Assembly (NCBI GenBank): GCA_036513415.1
Contig: DATBZA010000177.1
Span: forward strand, 67,203 to 131,202
Source of the DNA: Myxococcales bacterium
GTDB taxonomy: Bacteria; Myxococcota; Myxococcia; Myxococcales; 40CM-4-68-19
DNA: 64,000 nt
Direction of reading: 5' to 3'
Both the position numbers and the translations under genes were made by a program. This document shows positions 10,419 to 24,421 of the stretch, one piece after another. Every line of letters starts with the position of its first letter. Position 1 is the first letter of the stretch. The notes under the pieces are model-generated. The model saw only the letters and a list, made by a program, of their open reading frames with translations, did not search any database and had not been told where the DNA came from.

Positions 10419-11504
10419 GTGGACACCATCCTGGTCGGAACCCGCAAGGGGCTATTCACGCTGCGCGGAGGCGAGATCGCGCGTGCTTCCTTCCTGGGCG
10501 CGCCGGTGACCGCGGTGCTGGCGCGAAACGGCGCGCTCCATGCGGCGGTGGGCCACGGGCACTTCGGCGCCAAGCTGCACCGGTCCCGGGATGACGGCGA
10601 GACGTGGGAGGAAGTGGCGGCGCCCAAGTGGCCGGAGAAACCGGCGGACGCCGACGAGCGCAGCCCCATGAGCGGCGCGCCCTGGCCCTGGAGCCTCGAT
10701 CAGATCTGGGTCCTCGAAGCGGACCCGCGCGGACCCGATGCGCTCTGGTGTGGCACCATTCCTGGCGGTCTCTTTCACTCCACGGACGGCGGCGGATCGT
10801 GGCGATTGGTCCGCTCGCTCTGGGACCGTCCCGAGCGCAAGCAATGGTTCGGCGGCGGGTACGACTTCCCCGGCATTCATTCCATCTGCGTGGACCCGCG
10901 CGACCCGCGGCGCGTGCTGGCCGGGGTTTCGTGTGGAGGGGCGTGGACGACGGAGGACGGCGGGGAGTCGTGGTCGGTAGCCTCGCGCGGGATGATCGCC
11001 GCCTACATGCCGCCGGAGAAGCGCGACGATCCGGCGATCCAGGATCCGCACCGCATCGTCCGCTGCGCCGGCTCGCCGGACGTCTTCTGGGCGCAGCACC
11101 ACAACGGCATCTTCCGCTCCAGGGACGGCGCGCGGAGCTGGACCGAGGTGATGGCGAAGCCGTCGTCGTTCGGTTTCGCGGTGGCCGTGCACCCGCGCGA
11201 CCCGGACATGGCCTGGTTCGTGCCCGCCGTGAAGGACGAGCTGCGCGTCCCGGTCGAGGGCGCGCTGGTGGTGACGCGCACGCGGGATGGCGGCAAGTCG
11301 TTCGAGACTTTGCGCACCGGCCTGCCGCAGCGGCACGCGTACCATCTGATCTACAGGCACGGCCTCGAGGTGGCGCCCGACGGGCAGACGCTGGCGATGG
11401 GCTCCACCACCGGCTCCTTCTGGCTGTCGCGCGACGCGGGCGAATCCTGGAAGGCGCTCAGCCGCGACCTTCCCCCGGTGTACTGCGTGCGATTCGCAGG
11501 CTGA
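10419..11504 (+). CDS. Asp-box (BNR) repeat beta-propeller protein, sialidase/Ycf48-like fold
   Basis: 361 aa with six S/T-x-D-x-G-x-S/T-W/F boxes (SRDDGETW, STDGGGSW, TEDGGESW, SRDGARSW, TRDGGKSF, SRDAGESW). The GTG start abuts the MoaD-like TGA. The GGAGG Shine-Dalgarno lies in the Gly-Gly codons. Confidence 0.8.
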   Translation: MDTILVGTRKGLFTLRGGEIARASFLGAPVTAVLARNGALHAAVGHGHFGAKLHRSRDDGETWEEVAAPKWPEKPADADERSPMSGAPWPWSLDQIWVLEADPRGPDALWCGTIPGGLFHSTDGGGSWRLVRSLWDRPERKQWFGGGYDFPGIHSICVDPRDPRRVLAGVSCGGAWTTEDGGESWSVASRGMIAAYMPPEKRDDPAIQDPHRIVRCAGSPDVFWAQHHNGIFRSRDGARSWTEVMAKPSSFGFAVAVHPRDPDMAWFVPAVKDELRVPVEGALVVTRTRDGGKSFETLRTGLPQRHAYHLIYRHGLEVAPDGQTLAMGSTTGSFWLSRDAGESWKALSRDLPPVYCVRFAG

Positions 11505-11568
11505 ATGCCGGAGCGCGGCGCCTCGCTGTCAGACCCCCCTGCCATCCTCGCGCGCAAGGAGGAAGCAG

Positions 11569-11826
11569 ATGAAAACGACCATCCGAATCGCTCCGCTCGA
11601 CGCGGCCCTGGTGATCCGCGCGAACGGGACCCTGGAGACCTGGATGCCGCACATCCATGGCGATCCGCCGCCGAACGCTCTGGCGGCGAGCGCGCTGATG
11701 TGCGCCTTTTGCGACGAGCGGATCATGTCGATGATTACCCAGGCCATGGACGCCAGCGGGTACGAGTACCCCGATCCGCCGCCGACCTCCTTGACGGACC
11801 CCCGCGATCCTTCTCGAATGCAGTGA
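11569..11826 (+). CDS. hypothetical small protein (85 aa)
   Basis: Strong Shine-Dalgarno (aaggaggaagcag-ATG). Coding-like composition. No family recognised. Confidence 0.5.
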   Translation: MKTTIRIAPLDAALVIRANGTLETWMPHIHGDPPPNALAASALMCAFCDERIMSMITQAMDASGYEYPDPPPTSLTDPRDPSRMQ

Positions 11827-11883
11827 CCGCGGCCGCGGCGCGCGGTTGACACGGGATGCGTACCGTTGCACGAGAGTATCCCG

Positions 11884-12210
11884 ATGAAGGACGGATTCGT
11901 GGTGGTGGCTACGTTCTGGCGGGTCCCGGAAGCCGGGATGGCCGCCAACCTCCTCAGGAGCGCGGGGGTCGAGGTCGACGTGACCGACGAAGGCATGAGC
12001 GGGGTGAATCCGTTCCTGGCTCCTGCCATCGGCGGCGTCCGCCTGCTCGTGCCCGCAGGCCACGCGGACAAGGCGCGCACCCTGCTGCGGGAACGGGGTC
12101 TGGACGGCGAGTCGGCGCCGGCGGACCTGGACCAGGCCTCGCTCGACGAGGAGGCGACGAGCTCCGCGCCCGCGGACGAGAGCATCGGCGACTTCCTGAA
12201 GCGGAAGTGA
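11884..12210 (+). CDS. DUF2007-like (putative signal-transducing) domain protein
   Basis: MKDGFVVVATFWRVPEAGMAANLLRSAGVEVDV...GGVRLLVPAGHADKARTLL fits the DUF2007 pattern. The track ORF begins at a TTG (11866); I prefer ATG 11884. Confidence 0.6.
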   Translation: MKDGFVVVATFWRVPEAGMAANLLRSAGVEVDVTDEGMSGVNPFLAPAIGGVRLLVPAGHADKARTLLRERGLDGESAPADLDQASLDEEATSSAPADESIGDFLKRK

Positions 12211-12298
12211 GGCGCTGGATTCAACTCGTTCTGGGGCGGGTCGCGCTGCGTCACGCCAGTCTCGAGTAGCGACGCTGCGACGCCGTCACTGGCCGGGG

Positions 12299-13786
12299 CT
12301 ACGGGGTCAGCACCGTCTCGCCGTACGAGAGATACCGGTCCATCGACTGGGCCGCCTGCCGCCCTTCCTTGATCGCCCAAACCACCAGCGACTGCCCGCG
12401 GGCCATGTCGCCGGCGGCGAACACTCCGGGCACGCTGGTCATCTTGGTCTGGTCCGTCCAGACATTGCCGCGCTCGTCGAGCTTCACGCCCAGCTGCGTG
12501 AGCATGGGCTTCTCGGGCCCGACGAACCCCATCGCCAGCAGTACCAGGTCGGCGGGGATCACCTTCTCCGTCCCGGGGATCTCCCGAGGACCGAAGCGGC
12601 CGTCCGGGCCCTTCACCCACTCCACCTGGACGTAGAGGAGCTCACGGACGTGGCGATCCTTGTCGCCGAGGAAACGCTTGGTCATCACCCCGTAGATGCG
12701 CGGGTCCTGGCCCCAGAGCGCCTTCGCTTCCTCCTGGCCGTAGTCGAGCTTGTAGGTCTTCGGCCACTGCGGCCAGGGATTGTCGGCGGCGCGCTCGTCG
12801 GGCGGGCGCGGCAGGATCTCGAGCTGCGTGAGGCTGCGGCAGCCGTGCCGGAGGGAGGTGCCCACACAGTCGGTGCCGGTATCGCCTCCGCCGATGACGA
12901 TGACGTGCTGGCCCTTCGCGGAGATGTGCTTGCCGTCCCGAAGCTTCGAATCGAGCAGCGACTGGGTGTTGGCCTGCAGGAAGTCCATGGCGGGGTAGAT
13001 GCCTGCCAGGCTGCGGCCCTCCACCGGCAAATCGCGCGCCAGCGTGGCGCCGCCGCAGAGGAGCACGGCCTCGTGGTCGCGGGCGAGCTGGTCCGCCGGA
13101 ATGTCCTTGCCGATCTCCTTGCCGGTGACGAAGCGGATCCCCTCATCCGCCATCAGCTTCACCCGGCGGTCGACCAGCTTCTTGTCGAGCTTCATGTTGG
13201 GGATGCCGTACATGAGCAGGCCGCCGATCCGATCGGCGCGCTCGAACACCGTGACCTCGTGGCCGGCGCGGTTCAACTGCGCCGCCGCCGCGAGGCCTGC
13301 GGGACCCGAGCCGACCACGGCGACGCGCTTCCCGGTGCGCATGGGCGGGGGATCGGCGACCACCCACCCCTCGGCGAACGCACGGTCCGCGATGGCCTCC
13401 TCGATCATCTTGATGTTCACCGCGGGGAGATTGATGGCAACGGTACAGCTTCCCTCGCAAGGCGCCGGGCAGACCCGCCCGGTGAACTCGGGGAAGTTGT
13501 TGGTCCTCATCAGCCGCGTCCAGGCCTCTTTCCACTGCCCCCGCCAGACCAGGTCGTTCCACTCCGGGATCAGGTTGTTCACCGGGCATCCAGACGCCGT
13601 GCCGCCGATGAGCTTGCCTGTGTTGCAGAACGGCACGCCGCAGTCCATGCAGCGCGCACCCTGCTCGCGCAGCGTCTGCTCGGCGCAGCCCAGGTGCATC
13701 TCTTCCCAGTCCCGGATCCGCTCGAGCGGGGGACGATCGTGGATCGGCTCGCGCGCGTAGTCCAGGAAGCCCGTCGGTTTTCCCAT
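12299..13786 (-). CDS. gltD: glutamate synthase small subunit (NADPH)
   Basis: 495 aa with an N-terminal Fe-S Cys cluster region (CMDCGVPFC..GCPV) and two dinucleotide folds (VAVVGSGPAGLAAA and VIVIGGGDTGTDC). Confidence 0.93.
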   Translation of the reverse strand: MGKPTGFLDYAREPIHDRPPLERIRDWEEMHLGCAEQTLREQGARCMDCGVPFCNTGKLIGGTASGCPVNNLIPEWNDLVWRGQWKEAWTRLMRTNNFPEFTGRVCPAPCEGSCTVAINLPAVNIKMIEEAIADRAFAEGWVVADPPPMRTGKRVAVVGSGPAGLAAAAQLNRAGHEVTVFERADRIGGLLMYGIPNMKLDKKLVDRRVKLMADEGIRFVTGKEIGKDIPADQLARDHEAVLLCGGATLARDLPVEGRSLAGIYPAMDFLQANTQSLLDSKLRDGKHISAKGQHVIVIGGGDTGTDCVGTSLRHGCRSLTQLEILPRPPDERAADNPWPQWPKTYKLDYGQEEAKALWGQDPRIYGVMTKRFLGDKDRHVRELLYVQVEWVKGPDGRFGPREIPGTEKVIPADLVLLAMGFVGPEKPMLTQLGVKLDERGNVWTDQTKMTSVPGVFAAGDMARGQSLVVWAIKEGRQAAQSMDRYLSYGETVLTP

Positions 13787-13789
13787 CGT

Positions 13790-18397
<4,608 letters not shown>

Positions 18398-18548
18398 GTG
18401 GGTCCCTTTGCTCCGGGGCCTGAGCGCTCCCCAAAACTCAATAGAAGAACGCAGCAGGGTCCTGAACGCAACACCTTTTGCCGCGCTGCGGCAGGCCCCG
18501 CGGGAAGCTCCCCTGGGGAAAGACAATTCTGTCGCTTCCAGGGGCTGC

Positions 18549-19550
18549 TCAACCCCGGGCGCGGGACGGCTCGGGATAGGCTCCTGCACTGCGCGCGAGC
18601 TGCCGAACCAGGGCCAGCACCGACTCGCACTGCGGCGTCGGGACCGAGGTGAGGTGCGCCATCTCGACCACGGCGCCGAGCAGGGCGTCGATCTCCATCG
18701 GGCGCCCCCGCTCGAGATCCACCAGCGTCGAGGGCTTGTGCGCGCCGACCTCGGCGGCGCCTGCGATGCGGGCGTCCACGTCCAGCGGCAGCTTGACGCC
18801 GAGCTTCTCCGCCACCCCTTGCCCTTCCACCATCATCGCCCGCGCCAGCGCACGGGTCTCCGGGTTGGCGATGACCGCGTCGAGTGGCGACCGGGTCAGC
18901 GCGCAGATCATGTTGAAGGAGAGGTTGCCCCAGAGCTTGACCCACAGGTTCTCGCGGATGCGGGGGCGCACCGGGGCGCGGAGCCCGGCCTTGATCATCA
19001 GCTGCGAGAACGACTGGGCCCGCTCGCTCTTCGACCCGTCCGGCTCGCCGAGGTCGAAGCGGTTGGAGTACGTGTGCTCGATCACGCCGGGCGCCACCAC
19101 GTCGGTGGCGGGGTAGACGATGCAGCCGACCACGCGGCGGGGCGGGAGGAGGTCCCAAAGCTTGCCGCCGGGATCGACGCTCTCCAGGCGCGTGTCTTCC
19201 CAGGACCCGCCCGACTTGTAGAAGTACCACCAGGGAACGCCGTTGATCGCCGGCACCAGGGTCGTCCGCTCCCCGAGGAGGTGCTGGATGGACGGCGCGG
19301 CGGCGGGCAGGGAGTGCGCCTTGACGGCGATGACCACGAAGTCCTGCGGCCCCAGCTCGCGGGCGTCGTCGGTGCAGCGCGGGTGCGTGACCAGCGTCTG
19401 CCCTTCGCTTCGGAGCGTGAGGCCGTTGGCCCGCATCGCCGCGAGGTGCGGCCCGCGGGCGACGCAGCTCACCTCCGCTGCCCCGGCGGCGGAGAGCTTC
19501 GCGGCCAGGTACCCGCCGATCGCGCCGGCGCCGAAGACGCAGACTTTCAT
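18549..19550 (-). CDS. ketopantoate reductase (PanE/ApbA) family oxidoreductase; candidate oxalyl-CoA reductase
   Basis: 333 aa with [16 protein letters not shown] Rossmann start and a PanE-like C-terminal domain. ATGA overlap with the upstream CoA ligase. Confidence 0.8.
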   Translation of the reverse strand: MKVCVFGAGAIGGYLAAKLSAAGAAEVSCVARGPHLAAMRANGLTLRSEGQTLVTHPRCTDDARELGPQDFVVIAVKAHSLPAAAPSIQHLLGERTTLVPAINGVPWWYFYKSGGSWEDTRLESVDPGGKLWDLLPPRRVVGCIVYPATDVVAPGVIEHTYSNRFDLGEPDGSKSERAQSFSQLMIKAGLRAPVRPRIRENLWVKLWGNLSFNMICALTRSPLDAVIANPETRALARAMMVEGQGVAEKLGVKLPLDVDARIAGAAEVGAHKPSTLVDLERGRPMEIDALLGAVVEMAHLTSVPTPQCESVLALVRQLARSAGAYPEPSRARG

Positions 19551-21076
19551 GGGTCAAGCCCCAGCTTCGCCGCGAGCCCGATGCGCTGCAGCTTGCCCGT
19601 GGGACCGCGCGGCAGCTCGGTGACGAAGACGATCTTGTGCGGGACCTTGTAATGCGCGAGGTGCTTCTCTGCGTGGTCGCGCAGCTCGCGCTCGGTGGCC
19701 GTCTTGCCCTCCTTGAGCACCACGGCCGCCGCCACCTCCTCGCCCAGCTTCTCGTGCGGCATGCCAAAGGTCAGCGCGAGCTGGACGGCGGGGTGGTCCA
19801 TCAGGACGACGTCCACCTCCAGCGGGGACACCTTCTCTCCTCCCCGGTTGATCATCTCCTTCAGGCGGCCGCTGATGCGGAGGTATCCCTCTGCGTCCAG
19901 CGAGCCCTGGTCGCCGGTGCGGAACCAGCCGTTGGTGAAGGCCTTGGCGTCGGCCTCTGGATTGTTCACGTAGCCGCGGGTCACGTTGGGGCCGCGCACC
20001 ACGATCTCGCCGCTTCCCCCTTGCGGCAGGAGCGCTTCCGATTCGTCCATGATCGCGATCTCGGGACCCGCCGCCACGCCCACCGACCCGGGCTTGCGCG
20101 GGCGCGGAGGCAGTGGATTCGAGGCCATCTGGTGCGACGCCTCGGTCATCCCGTACGACTCGATCACGGGCGCCTGGAACGCCTGCTCCAGCTCGGCCAT
20201 CAGGCGCGGCCGCAGCGACGCGGAGGACGAACGGATGAGGCGCAACCGCCTGCGCGAGAGGATCTCGCGGTTGCGGTCCGCGCGCCCGAGGATGGCGCGG
20301 TGCATGGTGGGGACGCCCGTCGTCCAGGAGGGGTGGATCTCTTCGAGCCAGTGGAAGAAGCGGAGCGCGTTGAACCCGGGCGTGACGCACACCTGCCCTC
20401 CGGCGGCCAGCGAGGAGAGCACTCCGGCCACCAGCCCGTGGATATGGAAGAGCGGCATGATCTGCAGGCCGATGTCGGCGGGCGAGAGCGAAAGCGCCGC
20501 GGCGATGTGCCGGGCCGAGGCGGTGAGGTTCGCCTGGGTCAGCGGCACCAGCTTGGGGCGGGCGGTGGTGCCGCTGGTGTGCAGGAGGAGCGCCAGGTCG
20601 CCCGGTTGGCCGGGGCCGGGCGACTGGGGCGGGCCACGCAGCGCCGCCGGCGGTTCCAGCCGGAAGCTTCCCGCGCCCTTGGCTGGCTCGGGGTGCAGCT
20701 CGACCACCGGGATGGACAGCTTCGCCGCCACGGTGCGCGCGGGCGAGCCGGCGCCCGCCTCCAGGATGAGCGCCTTCGGCTGCAGGTCTCCCAGGTAGAA
20801 ATCGAATTCGTCCTCCCGATAGCCGGGATTGAGGGGCGCGGTGGCCGCGCCGGCGGCCACGCAGACGAATGCCGTGGCCATCTCGGGACCGTTGCGCAGG
20901 ACGATCGCGACGCGATCGCCGCGTCCGATTCCCATCGCGTTCAGGTCGTCGATGGTGCGCGCGGCCAGGTCGCGAAGCGCGCGCCAGGTGAGAGGAGGCG
21001 CTTCGGGCGCGCCGATCGCGTTCGATGCCGCTTCGCCGCGGGAGAGCAGCAGGAAAAAGTTCTCCGAATCCTCCAT
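19547..21076 (-). CDS. AMP-forming acyl-CoA synthetase, AAE3/Pcs60 (oxalate--CoA ligase)-like
   Basis: 509 aa. Runs of near-identity to my recollection of plant AAE3: LLHTSGTTARPKLVPLTQANL, MPLFHIHGLVAGVLSSLAAGG, IRSSSASL, YGMTEASHQMASNPLP..KPGSVG, RGPNVTRGYVNNPEA, INRGGEKVSPLEVD. Confidence 0.8.
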   Translation of the reverse strand: MEDSENFFLLLSRGEAASNAIGAPEAPPLTWRALRDLAARTIDDLNAMGIGRGDRVAIVLRNGPEMATAFVCVAAGAATAPLNPGYREDEFDFYLGDLQPKALILEAGAGSPARTVAAKLSIPVVELHPEPAKGAGSFRLEPPAALRGPPQSPGPGQPGDLALLLHTSGTTARPKLVPLTQANLTASARHIAAALSLSPADIGLQIMPLFHIHGLVAGVLSSLAAGGQVCVTPGFNALRFFHWLEEIHPSWTTGVPTMHRAILGRADRNREILSRRRLRLIRSSSASLRPRLMAELEQAFQAPVIESYGMTEASHQMASNPLPPRPRKPGSVGVAAGPEIAIMDESEALLPQGGSGEIVVRGPNVTRGYVNNPEADAKAFTNGWFRTGDQGSLDAEGYLRISGRLKEMINRGGEKVSPLEVDVVLMDHPAVQLALTFGMPHEKLGEEVAAAVVLKEGKTATERELRDHAEKHLAHYKVPHKIVFVTELPRGPTGKLQRIGLAAKLGLDP

Positions 21077-21152
21077 ATCTTGGCGTGTAGCATCTTGACG
21101 TTCCGCCCGCCATGGAACAGCCTTCGCGCCCTGACTTCAGGAGATGAACCCG

Positions 21153-21617
21153 ATGAAACTCGTCGTCAACGGCTCGATTCGCGAAGTGGATGCGCCCGGC
21201 GACATGCCGCTGCTCTGGGTCCTTCGCGACCTGCTCCACATGACCGGCGTGAAGTACGGCTGCGGCATGGCCCAGTGCGGGGCTTGCACCGTCCACCTCG
21301 ACGGCCACGCGGTGCGCTCGTGCGTGACGCCCGTCTCGGCGGTGGCCGGGCGGAAGGTCACCACCATCGAAGGTCTCTCGCCCGACGGCACGCACCCGGT
21401 GCAGCAGGCCTGGGCGGAGATCGACGTCGTCCAGTGCGGCTATTGCCAGTCCGGACAGATCATGTCCGCGGTCGCGCTGCTGGCGGAGAACCCCGCCCCA
21501 AGCGACGCCGACATCGACGTGGCACTGGCCGGAAACATCTGCCGCTGCGGCACCTACCAGCGGATCCGCGAGGCCGTGCACCGCGCCGCGGCGCTCAACA
21601 AGCGGGTGCAGCGATGA
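21153..21617 (+). CDS. (2Fe-2S)-binding small subunit of an IorA/aldehyde-oxidase-type molybdoenzyme
   Basis: [12 protein letters not shown] and CGYCQSG..CRCGTY cluster motifs. ATG 21153 has better SD spacing (AGGAG at 21139-21143) than the track start at 21144. Confidence 0.88.
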   Translation: MKLVVNGSIREVDAPGDMPLLWVLRDLLHMTGVKYGCGMAQCGACTVHLDGHAVRSCVTPVSAVAGRKVTTIEGLSPDGTHPVQQAWAEIDVVQCGYCQSGQIMSAVALLAENPAPSDADIDVALAGNICRCGTYQRIREAVHRAAALNKRVQR

Positions 21618-23755
21618 GCCCGTTGAGCCGGCGCGAGCTGTTGCGCTCCTCGCTGCTCTCCGGCGCGGGGCTGGTGATCGCATTTCACGTTCCCCGCAAG
21701 GCGCGGGCTGCCGGGCCCCCTCCGAAGGCGCCGCCCGACCCCAACGCCTTCGTCCGGGTGGGGCCGGACGGAACCGTCACCGTGCTGCTCTCCCACTCGG
21801 AAATGGGCCAGGGCGTCTGGACCGGGCTGGCGATGATGATCGCCGAGGAGCTGGACTGCGACTGGTCGAAGATCCGCGTCGAGCACGCGCCGGCCGCGCC
21901 GGTCTATGCGCACCCCGCCTTCGGTATGCAGATGACAGGCGGCTCGAGCACCACCTGGTCGGAGTTCGAGCGCTACCGGACGGTGGGAGCGATGGCGCGA
22001 GACATGCTCCTGCGCGCGGCGGCCGCGAAGTGGAGGACCGATCCGAAGAAGCTCAGCACCGCCAACGGATTCGTCACCGACGGCAAGCGGAAGCTTTCCT
22101 ACGGCGATCTGGCGCTGGCAGCGCAGGCGCTCCAGCCCCCCAGGACAGTGACGCTCAAGGACAAGAAGGACTGGAAGATCCTGGGCAAGCCGACCCGCCG
22201 GCTCGACTCGCCGGAGAAGATCAACGGCAAGGCGCAGTTCGGCATCGACGTCCAGTTCGAGGGGCTTCGCACTGCCCTGATCGCGCGCGCGCCGGTCTTC
22301 GGGGGCACGGTGAAGTCGTTCGACGCGACGAAGGCCAAGGCGGTGCGCGGGGTCGAGAAGGTCGTGCAGGTGCCCTCGGGCATCGCGGTGATCGCGACCA
22401 ACTACTGGAGCGCGAAGCAGGGACGCGACGCGCTGCAGATCGAGTGGAACGAGGGGTCCGGCGCCTCACTCGACACGGAAAAGATGCTCGCCAGCTATCG
22501 CGCGCAGGCCAGACAGGCCGGCGGCGCGGTCGCCGCCAAGAAGGGCGATGCCGACGCCGCGCTCGCATCCGCCAAGAAGCGCCTGGAGGCCGAGTACGAC
22601 GTCCCGTATCTCGCCCATGCTCCGATGGAGCCGCTCAACTGCACAGTGCGATTGGAGGGCAACCGCTGCGAGATCTGGACCGGCACCCAGTTCCAGACGC
22701 TGGAGCAGGCGGTGGCGGCGAAGATCGCGGGCGTCCCGCCGGAGCACGTCTCGATCCAGACGCCGTTCCTGGGCGGCGGGTTCGGCCGCAGAGCGAACCC
22801 ACGCGCTGACTTCGTCAGCGAAGCGGTCCATGTGGCCAAGGCGGCCGGCGTGCCGGTGAAGGTGGTCTGGACGCGCGAGGACGACATCCAGGGCGGGTTC
22901 TACCGGCCGCTGTTCCTCCACCGCATCGAAGTGGGCGTCGACGGCGACGGCCTGCCTTTGGCGTGGAAGCACAGCATCGTGGGCCAGTCGATTCTGGCCG
23001 GCACCCCGTTCGAGAAGCTCATGGTCAAGGACGGCATCGACGAAGCTTCGGTCGAGGGCGTCAAGGACTCGCCCTATCTCGAGCCGGTCGAGGCGAGGCG
23101 CATCACGCTGCACTCGCCGCAGAGCGAGGTGCCGGTCCTCTGGTGGCGCTCGGTGGGGAACACGCACACGGCGTTCGCGATGGAGAGCATGATCGACGAG
23201 CTGGCCTGGTCGGCAGGGCGCGACCCGGTCGAGTTCCGCGCCGGCCTGCTCAAGAACGCTCCCCGCCATCTGCGCGCGCTGCAACTCGCGGCGGAGAAGG
23301 CGGGCTGGGGACAGTCGCCGCCGAAGGGCCGGGCCCGGGGAGTCGCGGTCCACGAATCGTTCGGCAGCATCGTCGCCCAGGTGGCCGAGGTCTCGGTCGA
23401 TCCCGACAAGAGCATCCAGGTGCACAAAGTGACCTGCGCGGTGGACTGTGGCACCGCCATCAACCCGCTGGGCATCGAGGCGCAGGTCCAGGGCAGCATC
23501 GCCTACGGGCTTTCGGCGGTGCTGCACAGCGAGCTGACGCTCAAGGACGGGCGGGTCGAGCAGAGCAATTTCCACGACTACCGGGTGCTGCGGATGCCCG
23601 ACATGCCGCAGATCGAGGTGCACGTGATCGAGAGCGACGCCAAAATGGGCGGCATCGGCGAACCGGCCACGGCGCCGATCTCCGCCGCGGTGGCCAACGC
23701 GGTCTATGCGTTGACCCGGCAGCGGCTGCGCTCCTTGCCGCTGCGCCTCGTCTGA
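21614..23755 (+). CDS. molybdopterin-binding large subunit (IorB/aldehyde oxidoreductase beta-like), Tat-type signal
   Basis: 713 aa starting [23 protein letters not shown] (twin-Arg leader). It is only the 3' part of the 1372-aa track ORF. ATGA overlap with the small subunit. Confidence 0.88.
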   Translation: MSPLSRRELLRSSLLSGAGLVIAFHVPRKARAAGPPPKAPPDPNAFVRVGPDGTVTVLLSHSEMGQGVWTGLAMMIAEELDCDWSKIRVEHAPAAPVYAHPAFGMQMTGGSSTTWSEFERYRTVGAMARDMLLRAAAAKWRTDPKKLSTANGFVTDGKRKLSYGDLALAAQALQPPRTVTLKDKKDWKILGKPTRRLDSPEKINGKAQFGIDVQFEGLRTALIARAPVFGGTVKSFDATKAKAVRGVEKVVQVPSGIAVIATNYWSAKQGRDALQIEWNEGSGASLDTEKMLASYRAQARQAGGAVAAKKGDADAALASAKKRLEAEYDVPYLAHAPMEPLNCTVRLEGNRCEIWTGTQFQTLEQAVAAKIAGVPPEHVSIQTPFLGGGFGRRANPRADFVSEAVHVAKAAGVPVKVVWTREDDIQGGFYRPLFLHRIEVGVDGDGLPLAWKHSIVGQSILAGTPFEKLMVKDGIDEASVEGVKDSPYLEPVEARRITLHSPQSEVPVLWWRSVGNTHTAFAMESMIDELAWSAGRDPVEFRAGLLKNAPRHLRALQLAAEKAGWGQSPPKGRARGVAVHESFGSIVAQVAEVSVDPDKSIQVHKVTCAVDCGTAINPLGIEAQVQGSIAYGLSAVLHSELTLKDGRVEQSNFHDYRVLRMPDMPQIEVHVIESDAKMGGIGEPATAPISAAVANAVYALTRQRLRSLPLRLV

Positions 23756-23768
23756 TGGAGGACTCTCG

Positions 23769-24413
23769 ATGAAGCCCTGGCTCCTCGCCCTGCCCCTCCT
23801 GGCCTGCTCGCACGCAACTCCGCAGCCCGCCGCGGCGGCCCCACCGCCTGCCGCGGCCGCGGCGGCGGCGGCGGCGGCGCCCGGGCCCGGACCGGCCGCC
23901 GGGGAAGCGATCGCGGCCTTCGAGACGGTCCGGACCGTCCTGCAGAGTCCCCGCTGCGTGAACTGCCACCCGGCCGGCGACGTGCCACTGCAGGGCGATG
24001 ACGGACATCTCCACGAGCCGCCGATCACCCGCGGCCCCGAGGGCCGCGGCGTCGCCGGGACCTCCTGCTCCGCCTGCCACGGCAAGCAGAACCTGCCGGC
24101 CAGCTACGGCGCGCACGTGCCCCCGGGCGTGTCCACGGAATGGCGGCTACCGCCCGCCGACCACCGGCTGGTCTTCTGGGGACTCGATTCGAAAGCGCTC
24201 TGCGAGCAGATCAAGGACCCGAAGCGCAACGGCGGAAAATCACTCGCCGAGCTCACGCACCACATGACCGAGGACGCGCTGACGCTGTGGGGCTGGTCTC
24301 CGGGATACGGCCGCAAGCCGGTGGCAATCCCGCACGACCAGTTCGTGCGGGCCTACAAGACCTGGGCAGACGCCGGCATGCCCTGTGCGACGCGAACCGC
24401 GCAGAACCCCTAG
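23769..24413 (+). CDS. lipoprotein with two CxxCH motifs (putative dihaem c-type cytochrome)
   Basis: Lipobox LLAC-S, Ala/Pro-rich linker, then CVNCH and CSACH. Starts 13 nt after the molybdoenzyme gene. Confidence 0.65.
   Translation: MKPWLLALPLLACSHATPQPAAAAPPPAAAAAAAAAAPGPGPAAGEAIAAFETVRTVLQSPRCVNCHPAGDVPLQGDDGHLHEPPITRGPEGRGVAGTSCSACHGKQNLPASYGAHVPPGVSTEWRLPPADHRLVFWGLDSKALCEQIKDPKRNGGKSLAELTHHMTEDALTLWGWSPGYGRKPVAIPHDQFVRAYKTWADAGMPCATRTAQNP
23859..23879. repeat. (GCG)7 microsatellite encoding poly-Ala in the lipoprotein linker
   Basis: Seven uninterrupted GCG units read directly from the sequence. Confidence 0.9.
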
Positions 24414-24421
24414 ACACCCAA

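Noticed and set aside
18510-18548. Sigma-54-like TGG..TTG element or terminator upstream of gltB
   Set aside because: The CCCCTGG...CCAGGGG inverted repeat after the panE-like stop could be a terminator. It has no U-tract, the TGGAAG-N5-GAATTG spacing and sequence fit the -24/-12 consensus poorly, and the evidence is too weak to call either.
19637-23755. 1372-aa ORF suggesting one giant protein
   Set aside because: Only the last 713 codons (from ATG 21614, with a Tat leader) are a real molybdopterin subunit. The upstream part is antisense to the CoA ligase and out of frame across the 2Fe-2S subunit gene.
23820-23900. GC-rich triplet repeats and other short tandem repeats (also 24720-24749) as possible CRISPR or minisatellite arrays
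   Set aside because: Only 7 x 3 bp and 2 x 15 bp with no spacers. Both lie in frame inside coding linkers. They are simple slippage-prone tracts, not arrays.
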